A stretch of DNA of 64,000 bases, taken from assembly GCF_036365525.1 (NCBI RefSeq), contig NC_090399.1:32892430-32956429 (forward strand), written 5' to 3'. The position numbers and the translations under genes are program-made. A model generated the notes under the pieces. That model ran no database searches, was not told where the DNA came from, and saw nothing but the letters and a program-made list of their open reading frames with translations. The number at the start of each line of letters is the position of its first letter. Position 1 is the stretch's first letter. This document shows, piece after piece, positions 33,101-48,100 of the stretch. The stretch is from Heterodontus francisci. Taxonomy: Eukaryota.

Positions 33101-36100
33101 TGTGAGGGTCAGTGCTGCACGATGTGAGGGTCAGTGCTGCACGATGTGAGGGTCAGTGCTGCACGATGGAGGGTCAGTGCTGCACGATGGGGGGCTCAGT
33201 GCTGCAAGGTGGAAGGGTCAGTGCTGCACGATGTTGGGGTCAGTGCTGCAAGGTGGGATGGTCAGGACTGCACGATGGGGGGGTCAGTGCTGCACGATGG
33301 AGGGTCAGTGCTGCAAGGTGGGAGGGTCAGTGCAGCACGATGGGGGTTAGTGCTGCAAGGTGGGAGGGTCAGTACTGCACGATGTGGGGGTCAGTGCTGC
33401 AAGGTGGGAGGGTCAGAGCTGCACGATGGGGGGGGTCAGTGCTGCACCATGTGGGGTCAGTGCTGCACGATGTGGGGTCAGTCCTGCACGATGTGGGGGT
33501 CAGTGCTGCACGATGTGAGGGTCAGTGCTGCACGATGGAGGGTCAGTGCTGCACGATGGAGGGTCAGTGCTGCAAGGTGGGAGGGTCAGTGCTGCAAGGT
33601 GGGAGGGTCAGTGCTGCACGATGGGGGGGGTCAGTGCTGCACGATGTGAGGGTCAGTGCTGCACGATGTGAGGGTCAGAGCTGCACGATGTGAGGGTCAG
33701 AGCTGCACGATGTGAGGGTCAGTGCTGCAAGGTGGGAGGGTCAGTGCTGCACGTTGGAGGGGTCAGTGCTGCACGGTGGGGGGGTCAGTGCTGCACGGTG
33801 GGGGGGTCAGTGCTGCACGGTGGGGGGGTCAGTGCTGCAAGGTGGGAGGGTCAGTGCTGCACGATGGGGGGGTCAGTGCTGCACGATGTGGGGGTCAGTC
33901 CTGAAAGGTGGGAAGGTCAGTGCTGCACGATGGGCGGGACAGCGCTGCACGATGGGGGGGTCAGTGCTGCACGATGGGGGGGTCAGTCCTGAAAGGTGGG
34001 AAGGTCAGTGCTGCACGATGGGGGGGTCAGTGCTGCACGATGTGGGGGTCAGTCCTGAAAGGTGGGAAGGTCAGTGCTGCAAGGTGGGAGGGTCAGTGCT
34101 GCAAGATGTGGGGTTCAGTGCTGAAAGGTGGGAAGATCAGTGCTGCACGCTGTCAGGGTCAGTGCTGCAAGGTGGGAGGGTCAGTGCTGCACGATGTGGG
34201 GGTCAGTGCTGCAAGGTGGGAGGGTCAGTGCTGCACGATGTGGGGGTCAGTGCTGCAAGGTGGGAAGGTCAGTGCTGCACGATGGGGGGGTCAGTGCTGC
34301 AAGGTGGGAAGATCAGTGCTGCAAGGTGGGGGGGTCAGTCCTGAAAGGTGGGAAGGTCAGTGCTGCACGATGGGGGGGTCAGTGCTGCAAGGTGGGGGGC
34401 TCAGTGCTGAAAGGTGGGGGGCTCAGTGCTGAAAGGTGGGGGGCTCAGTGCTGAAAGGTGGGAGGGTCAGTGCTGCATGATGGGGGGGTCAGTGCTGCAA
34501 GGTGGGGGGCTCAGTGCTGAAAGGTGGGAGGGTCAGTGCTGCATGATGGGGGGGTCAGTGCTGCACGATGGGGGGGTCAGTGCTGCATGGTGGGAGGGTC
34601 AGTGCTGCACGATGGGGGGGTCAGTGCTGCAAGGTGGGGGGCTCAGTGCTGAAAGGTGGGAGGGTCAGTGCTGCACGATGGGGGGGGGGGGTCAGTGCTG
34701 AAAGGTGGGAGGGTCAGCGCTGCACAGTGGGAGGGACAGCACTGCACGATGTGGGGGTCAGTGCTGCACGATGTGGGGGTCAGTGCTGCACGATGTGGGG
34801 GTCAGTGCTGCAAGGTGTGAGGGTCAGTGCTGCACCATGTGGGGGTCAGTGCTGCACGATGGGGGGGTCAGTCCTGAAAGGTGGGAGGGTCAGCGCTGCA
34901 CGATGTGGGGGTCAGTGCTGCACGATGTGGGGGTCAGTCCTGAAAGGTGGGTAGGTCAGTGCTGCACGATGGTGGGGTCAGTGCTGCACGATGGGGGGTC
35001 AGTCCTGAAAGGTGGGAAGGTCAGTGCTGCACGATGTTGGGGTCAATGATGCACGATGGGGGGGTCAGTCCTGAAAGGTGGGAAGGTCAGTGCTGCACGA
35101 TGTTGGGGTCAGTGCTGCACAATGGAGGGTCAGTGCTGCAAGGTGGGAGGGTCAGTGCTGCACGATGGCGTCGTCAGTGCTGCACAATGGAGGGTCAGTG
35201 CTGCAAGGTGGGAGGGTCAGCGCTGCACGATGTGAGGGTCAGTGCTGCACGATGTGAGGGTCAGTGCTGCACGATGTGAGGGTCAGTGCTGCACGATGGG
35301 GGGGTCAGTCCTGAAAGGTGGGAAGGTCAGTGCTGCACAATGGAGGGTCAGTACTGCAAGGTGGGAGGGTCAGCGCTGCACTGTGGGAGGGACAGCACTG
35401 CACGATGTGAGGGTCAGAGCTGCAAGGTGGGAGGGTCAGTGCTGCAAGGTGGGAGGGTCAGTGCTGCACGATGGGGGGGTCAGTGCTGCACGATGTGGGG
35501 GTCAGTCCTGAAAGGTGGGAAGGTCAGTGCTGCACGATGGGCGGGACAGCGCTGCACGATGGGGGGGTCAGTGCTGCACGATGGGGGGGTCAGTCCTGAA
35601 AGGTGGGAAGGTCAGTGCTGCACGATGGGAGGGACAGCACTGCACGATGGGGGGGTCACTGCTGCACGATGTGGGGGTCAGTCCTGAAAGGTGGGAAGGT
35701 CAGTGCTGCACGCTGTCAGGGTCAGTGCTGAAAGGTGGGAGGGTCAGTGCTGCACGATGGGTGGGTCAGTCCTGAAAGGTGGGTAGGTCAGTGCTGCACG
35801 ATGGTGGGGTCAGTGCTGCACGATGGGGGCGTCAGTCCTGAAAGGTGGGAAGGTCAGTGCTGCACGATGTTGGGGTCAGTGCTGCACAATGGAGGGTCAG
35901 TGCTGCAAGGTGGGAGGGACAGCACTGCACGATGTGAGGGTCAGTGCTGCACGGTGGGAGGGTCAGTGCTGCACGATGTGAGGGTCAGTGCTGCACGATG
36001 TGAGGGTCAGTGCTGCACGATGGGGGGGGTCAGTGCTGAAAGGTGGGAGGGTCAGCACTGCACGATGTGAGGGACAGCGCTGCACGATGTGAGGGTCAGC

Positions 36101-39100
36101 GCAGCACGCTGTGAGGGTCAGTGCTGGACGATGGGGGGGGTCAGTGCTGCACGCTGTCAGGGTCAGTGCTGCACGATGTGGGGGTCAGTGCTGCAAGGTG
36201 GAAGGGTCAGTGCTGCACGATGGGGGGGTCATTGCTGCACGATGGGGGGCTCAGTGCTGCACGCTGTCAGGGTCAGTGCTGCACGATGGGGGGGTCAGTG
36301 CTGCAAGGTGGGAGGGTCAGTGCTGCACGATGGGGGGGGGGTCAGTGCTGCAAGGTGGGAGGGTCAGTGCTGCACGATGTGGGGGTCAGTGCTGCAAGGT
36401 GGGAAGGTCAGTGCTGCACGATGGGGGGGTCAGTGCTGCAAGGTGGGAAGATCAGTGCTGCAAGGTGGGGGGGTCAGTCCTGAAAGGTGGGAAGGTCAGT
36501 GCTGCACGATGGGGGGGTCAGTGCTGCAAGGTGGGGGGCTCAGTGCTGAAAGGTGGGGGGCTCAGTGCTGAAAGGTGGGAGGGTCAGTGCTGCATGATGG
36601 GGGGGTCAGTGCTGCAAGGTGGGGGGCTCAGTGCTGAAAGGTGGGAGGGTCAGTGCTGCATGATGGGGGGGTCAGTGCTGCAAGGTGGAAGGGTCAGTGC
36701 TGCACGATGGGGGGGTCAGTGCTGCATGGTGGGAGGGTCAGTGCTGCACGATGGGGGGGTCAGTGCTGCAAGGTGGGGGGCTCAGTGCTGAAAGGTGGGA
36801 GGGTCAGTGCTGCACGATGGGGGGGGGGGGTCAGTGCTGAAAGGTGGGAGGGTCAGCGCTGCACAGTGGGAGGGACAGCACTGCACGATGTGGGGGTCAG
36901 TGCTGCACGATGTGGGGGTCAGTGCTGCACGATGTGGGGGTCAGTGCTGCAAGGTGTGAGGGTCAGTGCTGCACCATGTGGGGGTCAGTGCTGCACGATG
37001 GGGGGGTCAGTCCTGAAAGGTGGGAGGGTCAGCGCTGCACGATGTGGGGGTCAGTGCTGCACGATGTGGGGGTCAGTCCTGAAAGGTGGGTAGGTCAGTG
37101 CTGCACGATGGTGGGGTCAGTGCTGCACGATGGGGGGTCAGTCCTGAAAGGTGGGAAGGTCAGTGCTGCACGATGTTGGGGTCAATGATGCACGATGGGG
37201 GGGTCAGTCCTGAAAGGTGGGAAGGTCAGTGCTGCACGATGTTGGGGTCAGTGCTGCACAATGGAGGGTCAGTGCTGCAAGGTGGGAGGGTCAGTGCTGC
37301 ACGATGGCGTCGTCAGTGCTGCACAATGGAGGGTCAGTGCTGCAAGGTGGGAGGGTCAGCGCTGCACGATGTGAGGGTCAGCGCTGCACGATGTGAGGGT
37401 CAGTGCTGCACGATGTGAGGGTCAGTGCTGCACGATGTGAGGGTCAGTGCTGCACGATGGGGGGGTCAGTCCTGAAAGGTGGGAAGGTCAGTGCTGCACA
37501 ATGGAGGGTCAGTACTGCAAGGTGGGAGGGTCAGCGCTGCACTGTGGGAGGGACAGCACTGCACGATGTGAGGGTCAGAGCTGCAAGGTGGGAGGGTCAG
37601 TGCTGCAAGGTGGGAGGGTCAGTGCTGCACGATGGGGGGGTCAGTGCTGCAAGGTGGGAGGGTCAGTGCTGCACGATGGGGGGGTCAGTGCTGCACGATG
37701 TGGGGGTCAGTCCTGAAAGGTGGGAAGGTCAGTGCTGCACGATGGGCGGGACAGCGCTGCACGATGGGGGGGTCAGTGCTGCACGATGGGGGGGTCAGTC
37801 CTGAAAGGTGGGAAGGTCAGTGCTGCACGATGGGAGGGACAGCACTGCACGATGGGGGGGTCACTGCTGCACGATGTGGGGGTCAGTCCTGAAAGGTGGG
37901 AGGGTCAGTGCTGCAAGGTGGGAGGGTCAGTGCTGCAGGATGTGGGGGTCAGTGCTGAAAGGTGGGAAGGTCAGTGCTGCACGCTGTCAGGGTCAGTGCT
38001 GAAAGGTGGGAGGGTCAGTGCTGCACGATGGGTGGGTCAGTCCTGAAAGGTGGGTAGGTCAGTGCTGCACGATGGTGGGGTCAGTGCTGCACGATGGGGG
38101 CGTCAGTCCTGAAAGGTGGGAAGGTCAGTGCTGCACAATGGAGGGTCAGTGCTGCAAGGTGGGAGGGACAGCACTGCACGATGTGAGGGTCAGTGCTGCA
38201 CGGTGGGAGGGTCAGTGCTGCACGATGTGAGGGTCAGTGCTGCACGATGTGAGGGTCAGTGCTGCACGATGGGGGGGGTCAGTGCTGAAAGGTGGGAGGG
38301 TCAGCACTGCACGATGTGAGGGACAGCGCTGCACGATGTGAGGGTCAGCGCAGCACGCTGTGAGGGTCAGTGCTGGACGATGGGGGGGGTCAGTGCTGCA
38401 CGCTGTCAGGGTCAGTGCTGCACGATGTGGGGGTCAGTGCTGCAAGGTGGAAGGGTCAGTGCTGCACGATGGGGGGGTCATTGCTGCACGATGGGGGGCT
38501 CAGTGCTGCACGCTGTCAGGGTCAGTGCTGCACGATGGGGGGGTCAGTGCTGCAAGGTGGGAGGGTCAGTGCTGCACGATGGGGGGGGGGTCAGTGCTGA
38601 AACGTGGGAGGGTCAGCGCTGCACTGTGGGAGGGACAGCACTGCACGATGTGAGGGACAGTGCTGCACGATGTGGGGGGTCAGTGCTGCACGATGTGAGG
38701 GTCAGTGCTGCACGATGGGGGGGGTCAGTGCTGCACGATGTGAGGGTCAGTGCTGCACGATGGGGGGGTCAGTGCTGCACGATATGGGGGGGTCAGTGCT
38801 GCACGATGTGAGGGTCAGTGCTGCACGATGGGGGGGGGTCAGTGCTGCACGATGGAGGGTCAGAGCTGAAAGGTGGGAGGGACAGCACTGCACGATGTGA
38901 GGGACAGCACTGCACGATGAGGGACAGCGCTGCACGATGTGAGGGTCAGCGCTGCACGATGGGGGGGTCAGTGCTGCACGATGGAGGGGTCAGTGCTGCA
39001 AGGTGGGAGCTCAGTGCTGCACGATGGCGTGGTCAGTGCTGCAAGGTGGGGGGGTCAGGGCTGCACGATGTGGGGGTCAGTCCTGAAAGGTGGGATGGTC

Positions 39101-42100
39101 AGTGCTGCACGATGGGGGGGGTCAGTGCTGCACGATGGGGGGGGGTCAGTGCTACACGCTGTGAGGGTCAGTGCTACACGCTGTGAGGGTCAGTGCTGCA
39201 CGATGGAGGGTCAGTGCTGCAAGGTGGGAGGGTCAGTGCTGCACGATGGGGGGGGGGTCAGTGCTACACGCTGTGAGGGTCAGTGCTACACGCTGTGAGG
39301 GTCAGTGCTGCACGATGGAGGGTCAGTGCTGCAAGGTGGGAGGGTCAGTGCTGCACGATGGGGGGGGTCAGTGCTGCACGATGGGGGGGGTCAGTGCTGC
39401 ACGATGTGGGGTTCAGTGCTGCACGATGGGGGGGGTCAGAGCTGCACGATGGAGGGTCAGAGCTGCACGGTGGAGGGTCAGAGCTGCACGGTGAGGGTCA
39501 GTGCTGCAAGGTGGGAGGGTCAGTGCTGCACGATGGAGGGTCAGAGCTGCACGGTGAGGGTCAGTGCTGCAAGGTGGGAGGGTCAGTGCTGCACGATGGG
39601 GGGGTCAGTGCTGCACGATGGAGGGTCAGAGCTGAAAGGTGGGAGGGACAGCACTGCACGATGTGAGGGACAGCACTGCACGATGAGGGACAGCGCTGCA
39701 CGATGTGAGGGACAGTGCTGCACGATGGGCGGGAGTCAGTGCTGCACGATGGCGTGGTCAGTGCTGCAAGGTGGAAGGGTCAGCGCTACACGATGTGAGG
39801 GTCAGTGCTGCAAGGTGGGAGGGTCAGTGCTGCACGATGGCGTGGTCAGTGCTGCAAGGTGGAAGGGTCAGCGCTACACGATGTGAGGGTCAGCGCTGCA
39901 CGATGTGAGGGTCAGCGCTGCACGATGGGGGGGTCAGCGCTGCACGATGGGGGGGTCAGTGCTGCAAGGTGGGAGGGTCAGTGCTGCACGATGGCGTGGT
40001 CAGTGCTGCAAGGTGGGGGGGTCAGGGCTGCACGATGGGGGGGTCAGTGCTGCAAGGTGGGAGGGTCAGTGCTGCACGATGGGGGGGTCAGTGCTGCACG
40101 ATGTGGGGGTCAGTCCTGAAAGGTGGGATGGTCAGTGCTGCACGATGGGGGGGGTCAGTGCTGCACGATGGGGGGGGGTCAGTGCTACACGCTGTGAGGG
40201 TCAGTGCTACACGCTGTGAGGGTCAGTGCTGCACGATGGAGGGTCAGTGCTGCAAGGTGGGAGGGTCAGTGCTGCACGATGGGGGGGGGATCAGTGCTAC
40301 ACGCTGTGAGGGTCAGTGCTACACGCTGTGAGGGTCAGTGCTGCACGATGGAGGGTCAGTGCTGCAAGGTGGGAGGGTCAGTGCTGCACGATGGGGGGGG
40401 TCAGTGCTGCACGATGGGGGGGGTCAGTGCAGCACGATGTGGGGTTCAGTGCTGCACGATGGGGGGGGTCAGTGCTGCACGATGGAGGGTCAGAGCTGCA
40501 CGATGGAGGGTCAGAGCTGCACGGTGAGGGTCAGTGCTGCAAGGTGGGAGGGTCAGTGCTGCACGATGGAGGGTCAGAGCTGCACGGTGAGGGTCAGTGC
40601 TGCAAGGTGGGAGGGTCAGTGCTGCACGATGGGGGGGTCAGTGCTGCAAGGTGGGAGGGTCAGTGCTGCACGATGGGGGGGTCAGTGCTGCACGATGTGG
40701 GGTTCAGTGCTGCAAGGTGGGATGGTCAGTACTGCACGATGGGGGGGGTCAGTGCTGAATGGTGGGAGGGTCAGTGCTGCACGATGTGAGGGTCAGTGCT
40801 GCACGATGTGAGGGTCAGTGCTGCACAATGGAGGGTCAGTGCTGCACGATGGGGGGGGTCAGTGCTGCACGATGTGAGGGTCAGTGCTGCACGCTGTGAG
40901 GGTCAGTGCTGCACGATGTGAGGGTCAGTGCTGCACGATGTGAGGGTCAGTGCTGCACGATGGAGGGTCAGTGCTGCACGATGGAGGGTCAGTGCTGCAA
41001 GGTGGGAGGGTCAGTGCTGCAAGGTGGGAGGGTCAGTGCTGCACGATGGGGGGGGTCAGTGCTGCACGATGTGAGGGTCAGTGCTGCAAGGTGGGAGGGT
41101 CAGTGCTGCAAGGTGGGAGGGTCAGTGCTGCACGATGGGGGGGGTCAGCGCTGCACGATGTGAGGGTCAGAGCTGCACAATGTGAGGGTCAGAGCTGCAC
41201 GATGTGAGGGTCAGTGCTGCAAGGTGGGAGGGTCAGTGCTGCACGATGGAGGGGTCAGTGCTGCACGGTGGGGGGGTCAGTGCTGCACGGTGGGGGGGTC
41301 AGTGCTGCACGGTGGGGGGGTCAGTGCTGCACGATGGGGGGGTCAGTGCTGCACGATGTGGGGGTCAGTCCTGAAAGGTGGGAAGGTCAGTGCTGCACGA
41401 TGGGCGGGACAGCGCTGCACGATGGGGGGGTCAGTGCTGCACGATGGGGGGGTCAGTCCTGAAAGGTGGGAAGGTCAGTGCTGCACGATGGGGGGGGTCA
41501 GTGCTGCACGATGTGGGGGTCAGTCCTGAAAGGTGGGAAGGTCAGTGCTGCAAGGTGGGAGGGTCAGTGCTGCAAGATGTGGGGGTCAGTGCTGAAAGGT
41601 GGGAAGATCAGTGCTGCACGCTGTCAGGGTCAGTGCTGCAAGGTGGGAGGGTCAGTGCTGCACGATGTGGGGGTCAGTGCTGCAAGGTGGGAGGGTCAGT
41701 GCTGCACGATGTGGGGGTCAGTGCTGCAAGGTGGGAAGGTCAGTGCTGCACGATGGGGGGGTCAGTGCTGCAAGGTGGGAAGATCAGTGCTGCAAGGTGG
41801 GGGGGTCAGTCCTGAAAGGTGGGAAGGTCAGTGCTGCACGATGGGGGGGTCAGTGCTGCAAGGTGGGGGGCTCAGTGCTGAAAGGTGGGAGGGTCAGTGC
41901 TGCATGATGGGGGGGTCAGTGCTGCAAGGTGGGGGGCTCAGTGCTGAAAGGTGGGAGGGTCAGTGCTGCATGATGGGGGGGTCAGTGCTGCAAGGTGGAA
42001 GGGTCAGTGCTGCACGATGGGGGGGTCAGTGCTGCAAGGTGGGAGGGTCAGTGCTGAATGATGGGGTGTCAGTGCTGCAAGGTGGAAGGGTCAGTGCTGC

Positions 42101-45100
42101 ACGATGGGGGGGTCAGTGCTGCAAGGTGGGGGGCTCAGTGCTGAAAGGTGGGAGGGTCAGTGCTGCACGATGGGGGGGGGGGGGGGTCAGTGCTGAAAGG
42201 TGGGAGGGTCAGCGCTGCACAGTGGGAGGGACAGCACTGCACGATGTGGGGGTCAGTGCTGCACGATGTGGGGGTCAGTGCTGCACGATGTGGGGGTCAG
42301 TGCTGCAAGGTGTGAGGGTCAGTGCTGCACCATGTGGGGGTCAGTGCTGCACGATGGGGGGGTCAGTCCTGAAAGGTGGGAGGGTCAGCGCTGCACGATG
42401 TGGGGGTCAGTGCTGCACGATGTGGGGGTCAGTCCTGAAAGGTGGGAGGGTCAGCGCTGCACGATGTGGGGGTCAGTCCTGAAAGGTGGGTAGGTCAGTG
42501 CTGCACGATGGTGGGGTCAGTGCTGCACGATGGGGGGTCAGTCCTGAAAGGTGGGAAGGTCAGTGCTGCACGATGTTGGGGTCAATGATGCACGATGGGG
42601 GGGTCAGTCCTGAAAGGTGGGAAGGTCAGTGCTGCACGATGTTGGGGTCAGTGCTGCACAATGGAGGGTCAGTGCTGCAAGGTGGGAGGGTCAGTGCTGC
42701 ACGATGGCGTCGTCAGTGCTGCACAATGGAGGGTCAGTGCTGCAAGGTGGGAGGGTCAGCGCTGCACTGTGGGAGGGACAGCACTGCACGATGTGAGGGT
42801 CAGTGCTGCACGATGTGAGGGTCAGTGCTGCACGATGGGGGGGTCAGTCCTGAAAGGTGGGAAGGTCAGTGCTGCACAATGGAGGGTCAGTACTGCAAGG
42901 TGGGAGGGTCAGTGCTGCACGATGGGGGGGTCAGTGCTGCAAGGTGGGAGGGTCAGTGCTGCACGATGGGTGGGTCAGTCCTGAAAGGTGGGTAGGTCAG
43001 TGCTGCACGATGTTGGGGTCAATGCTGCACAATGGAGGGTCAGTGCTGCAAGGTGGGAGGGACAGCACTGCACGATGTGAGGGTCAGTGCTCCACGGTGG
43101 GAGGGTCAGTGCTGCACGATGTGAGGGTCAGTGCTGCACGATGTGAGGGTCAGTGCTGCACGATGGGGGGGGGTCAGTGCTGAAAGGTGGGAGGGTCAGC
43201 ACTGCACGATGTGAGGGACAGCGCTGCACGATGTGAGGGACAGCGCTGCACGCTGTGAGGGTCAGCGCTGCACGCTGTGAGGGTCAGTGCTGGACGATGG
43301 GGGGGGGTCAGTGCTGCACGCTGTCAGGGTCAGTGCTGCACGATGTGGGGGTCAGTGCTGCAAGGTGGAAGGGTCAGTGCTGCACGATGGGGGGGTCATT
43401 GCTGCACGATGGGGGGCTCAGTGCTGCACGCTGTCAGGGTCAGTGCTGCACGATGGGGGGGTCAGTGCTGCAAGGTGGGAGGGTCAGTGCTGCACGATGG
43501 GGGGGTCATTGCTGCACGATGGGGGGCTCAGTGCTGCACACTGTCAGGGTCAGTGCTGCACGATGGGGGGGTCAGTGCTGCACGATGGGGGGGGGTCAGT
43601 GCTGAAACGTGGGAGGGTCAGCGCTGCACTGTGGGAGGGACAGCACTGCACGATGTGAGGGACAGTGCTGCACGATGTGGGGGGTCAGTGCTGCAAGGTG
43701 GGATGGTCAGTACTGCACGATGGGGGGGTCAGTGCTGCACGATGTGGGGGTCAGTGCTGCAAGGTGTGAGGGTCAGTGCTGCACCATGTGGGGGTCAGTG
43801 CTGCACGATGGGGGGGTCAGTCCTGAAAGGTGGGAGGGTCAGCGCTGCACGATGTGGGGGTCAGTGCTGCACGATGTGGGGGTCAGTCCTGAAAGGTGGG
43901 AGGGTCAGCGCTGCACGATGTGGGGGTCAGTGCTGCAAGGTGGGATGGTCAGTACTGCACGATGGGGGGGTCAGTGCTGCACGATATGGGGGGGTCAGTT
44001 CTGCACGATGTGAGGGTCAGTGCTGCACGATGGGGGGGGGTCAGTGCTGCACGATGGAGGGTCAGAGCTGAAAGGTGGGAGGGACAGCACTGCACGATGT
44101 GAGGGACAGCACTGCACGATGAGGGACAGCGCTGCACGATGTGAGGGACAGCACTGCACGATGAGGGACAGCGCTGCACGATGTGAGGGTCAGTGCTGCA
44201 CGATGGAGGGGTCAGTGCTGCAAGGTGGGAGGGTCAGTGCTGCACGATGGCGTGGTCAGTGCTGCAAGGTGGGGGGGTCAGGGCTGCACGATGGGGGGGT
44301 CAGTGCTGCAAGGTGGGAGGGTCAGTGCTGCACGATGGGGGGGTCAGTGCTGCACGATGTGGGGGTCAGTCCTGAAAGGTGGGATGGTCAGTGCTGCACG
44401 ATGGGGGGGGTCAGTGCTGCACGATGGGGGGGGGGTCAGTGCTACACGCTGTGAGGGTCAGTGCTACACGCTGTGAGGGTCAGTGCTGCACGATGGAGGG
44501 TCAGTGCTGCAAGGTGGGAGGGTCAGTGCTGCACGATGGGGGGGGGGTCAGTGCTACACGCTGTGAGGGTCAGTGCTACACGCTGTGAGGGTCAGTGCTG
44601 CACGATGGAGGGTCAGTGCTGCAAGGTGGGAGGGTCAGTGCTGCACGATGGGGGGGGTCAGTGCTGCACGATGGGGGGGGTCAGTGCTGCACGATGGAGG
44701 GTCAGAGCTGCACGATGGAGGGTCAGAGCTGCACGGTGAGGGTCAGTGCTGCAAGGTGGGAGGGTCAGTGCTGCACGATGGAGGGTCAGAGCTGCACGGT
44801 GAGGGTCAGTGCTGCAAGGTGGGAGGGTCAGTGCTGCACGATGGGGGGGGTCAGTGCTGCAAGGTGGGAGGGTCAGTGCTGCACGATGGGGGGGTCAGTG
44901 CTGCACGATGGAGGGTCAGAGATGAAAGGTGGGAGGGACAGCACTGCACGATGTGAGGGACAGCACTGCACGATGAGGGACAGCGCTGCACGATGTGAGG
45001 GACAGTGCTGCACGATGGGCGGGAGTCAGTGCTGCAAGGTGGGAGGGTCAGTGCTGCACGATGGCGTGGTCAGTGCTGCAAGGTGGAAGGGTCAGCGCTG

Positions 45101-48100
45101 CACGATGGGGGGGTCAGTGCTGCAAGGTGGAAGGGTCAGCGCTACACGATGTGAGGGTCAGCGCTGCACGATGGGGGGGTCAGTGCTGCACGATGGGGGG
45201 GTCAGTGCTGCAAGGTGGAAGGGTCAGCGCTACACGATGTGAGGGTCAGCGCTACACGATGTGAGGGTCAGCGCTGCACGATGGGGGGGTCAGCGCTGCA
45301 CGATGGGGGGGTCAGTGCTGCACGATGGGGGGGTCAGTGCTGCAAGGTGGGAGGGTCAGTGCTGCACGATGGCGTGGTCAGTGCTGCAAGGTGGGGGGGT
45401 CAGGGCTGCACGATGGGGGGGTCAGTGCTGCAAGGTGGAAGGGTCAGCGCTACACGATGTGAGGGTCAGCGCTGCACGATGTGAGGGTCAGCGCTGCACG
45501 ATGGGGGGGTCAGTGCTGCACGATGGGGGGGTCAGTGCTGCAAGGTGGGAGGGTCAGTGCTGCACGATGGCGTGGTCAGTGCTGCAAGGTGGGGGGGTCA
45601 GTGCTGCACGATGGGGGGGGTCAGTGCTGCACGATGTGGGGGTCAGTCCTGAAAGGTGGGATGGTCAGTGCTGCACGATGGGGGGGGTCAGTGCTGCACG
45701 ATGGGGGGGGTCAGTGCTGCAAGGTGGGAGGGTCAGGGCTGCAAGGTGGGAGGGTCAGTGCTGCACGATGGGGGGGGTCAGTGCTGCACGATGTGGGGGT
45801 CAGTCCTGAAAGGTGGGATGGTCAGTGCTGCACGATGGGGGGGGTCAGTGCTGCACGATGGGGGGGGTCAGTGCTGCAAGGTGGGAGGGTCAGTGCTGCA
45901 AGGTGGGAGGGTCAGTGCTGCACGATGGGGGGGTCAGTGCTGCACGATGGAGGGTCAGTGCTGCAAGGTGGGAGGGTCAGTACTGCACGATGTGGGGGTC
46001 CGTGCTGCAAGGTGGGAGGGTCAGTGCTGCACGATGTGGGGTTCAGTGCTGCACGATGTGAGGGTCAGTGCTGCACGATGGAGGGTCAGTGCTGCACGAT
46101 GGAGGGTCAGTGCTGCACGATGGAGGGTCAGTGCTGCACGATGGAGGGTCAGTGCTGCACGATGGGGGGCTCAGTGCTGCAAGGTGGAAGGGTCAGTGCT
46201 GCACGATGGGGGGCTCAGTGCTGCAAGGTGGGAGGATCAGTGCTGCACGATGTTGGGGTCAGTGCTGCAAGGTGGGATGGTCAGGACTGCACGATGTGGG
46301 GGTCAGTGCTCCACGATGGAGGGTCAGTGCTGCAAGGTGGGAGGGTCAGTGCAGCACGATGGGGGTTAGTGCTGCAAGGTGGGAGGGTCAGTACTGCACG
46401 ATGTGGGGGTCAGTGCTGCAAGGTGGGAGGGTCAGAGCTGCACGATGGGGGGGTCAGTGCTGCACCATGTGGGGTTCAGTGCTGCACGATGTGAGGGTCA
46501 GTGCTGCACGATGTGGCGGTCAGTGCTGCAAGGTGGGAGGGTCAGTGCTGCACGATGGGGAGTTCAGTGCTGAATGGTGGGAGGGTCAGCGCTGCACAGT
46601 TGGAGGGACAGCACTGCACGATGTGAGGGTCAGTGCTACACGATGGGGAGTTCAGTGCTGAATGGTGGGAGGGTCAGCGCTGCACAGTTGGAGGGACAGC
46701 ACTGCACGATGTGAGGGTCAGTGCTGCACGATGTGAGGGTCAGTGCTGCAAGGTGGGAGGGTCAGTGCTGCAAGGTGGGAGGGTCAGTGCTACACGCTGT
46801 GAGGGTCAGTGCTACACGATGGGGAGTTCAGTGCTGAATGGTGGGAGCGTCAGCGCTGCACAGTTGGAGGGACAGCACTGCACGATGTGAGGGTCAGTGC
46901 TGCACGATGTGAGGGTCAGTGCTGCACGATGTGAGGGTCAGTGCTGCAAGGTGGGAGGGTCAGTGCTGCAAGGTGGGAGGGTCAGTGCTGCACGATGGGG
47001 GGGGTCAGTGCTGCACGATGGGGGGGTCAGTGCTGCACGATGGGGGGTTCAGTGCTGCACGATGGGGGGTTCAGTGCTACACGCTGTGAGGGTCAGTGCT
47101 ACACGCTGTGAGGGTCAGTGCTACACGATGGAGGGTCAGTGCTACACGATGGAGGGTCAGTGCTGCACGATGGGGGGATCAGTGCTGCAAGGTGGGAGGG
47201 TCAGTGCTGCACGATGGGGGGGGTCAGTGCTGCACGATGGGGGGGTCAGTGCTGCACGATGGGGGGTTCAGTGCTGCACGATGGGGGGGGGTCAGTGCTG
47301 CACGATGGAGGGTCAGAGCTGCACGATGTGAGGGTCAGTGCTGCAAGGTGGGAGGGTCAGTGCTGCACGATGGGGGGGTCAGTGCTGCAAGGTGGGAGGG
47401 TCAGTGCTGCACGATGTGAGGGTCAGTGCTGCAAGGTGGGAGGGTCAGTGCTGCACGATGGGGGGGTCAGTGCTGCACGATGTGGGGGTCAGTCCTGAAA
47501 GGTGGGAAGGTCAGTGCTGCACGATGGGAGGGACAGCACTGCACGATGGGGGGGTCAGTGCTGCACGATGTGGGGGTCAGTGCTGCAAGGTGGGAAGGTC
47601 AGTGCTGCACGATGGGGGGGTCAGTGCTGCACGATGGAGGGTCAGAGCTGAAAGGTGGGAGGGACAGCACTGCACGATGTGAGGGACAGCGCTGCACGAT
47701 GGGCGGGAGTCAGTGCTGCAAGGCGGAAGGGTCAGTGCTGCACGATGGGGGGGTCAGTGCTGCAAGGTGGGAGGGTCAGTGCTGCACGATGGCGTGGTCA
47801 GCGCTGCAAGGTGGAAGGGTCAGCGCTGCACGATGTGAGGGTCAGCGCTGCACGCTGTCAGGGTCAGTGCTGCACGATGGGGGGGTCAGTGCTGCAAGGT
47901 GGAAGGGTCAGTGCTGCACGATGGGGGGGTCAGTGCTGCAAGGTGGGGGGGTCAGGGCTGCACGATGGGGGGGTCAGGGCTGCACGATGGGGGGGTCAGT
48001 GCTGCACGATGGAGGGTCAGTGCTGCACGATGGAGGGTCAGAGCTGCACGATGTGAGGGTCAGAGCTGCACGGTGGGAGGGTCAGTGCTGCACGATGTGA

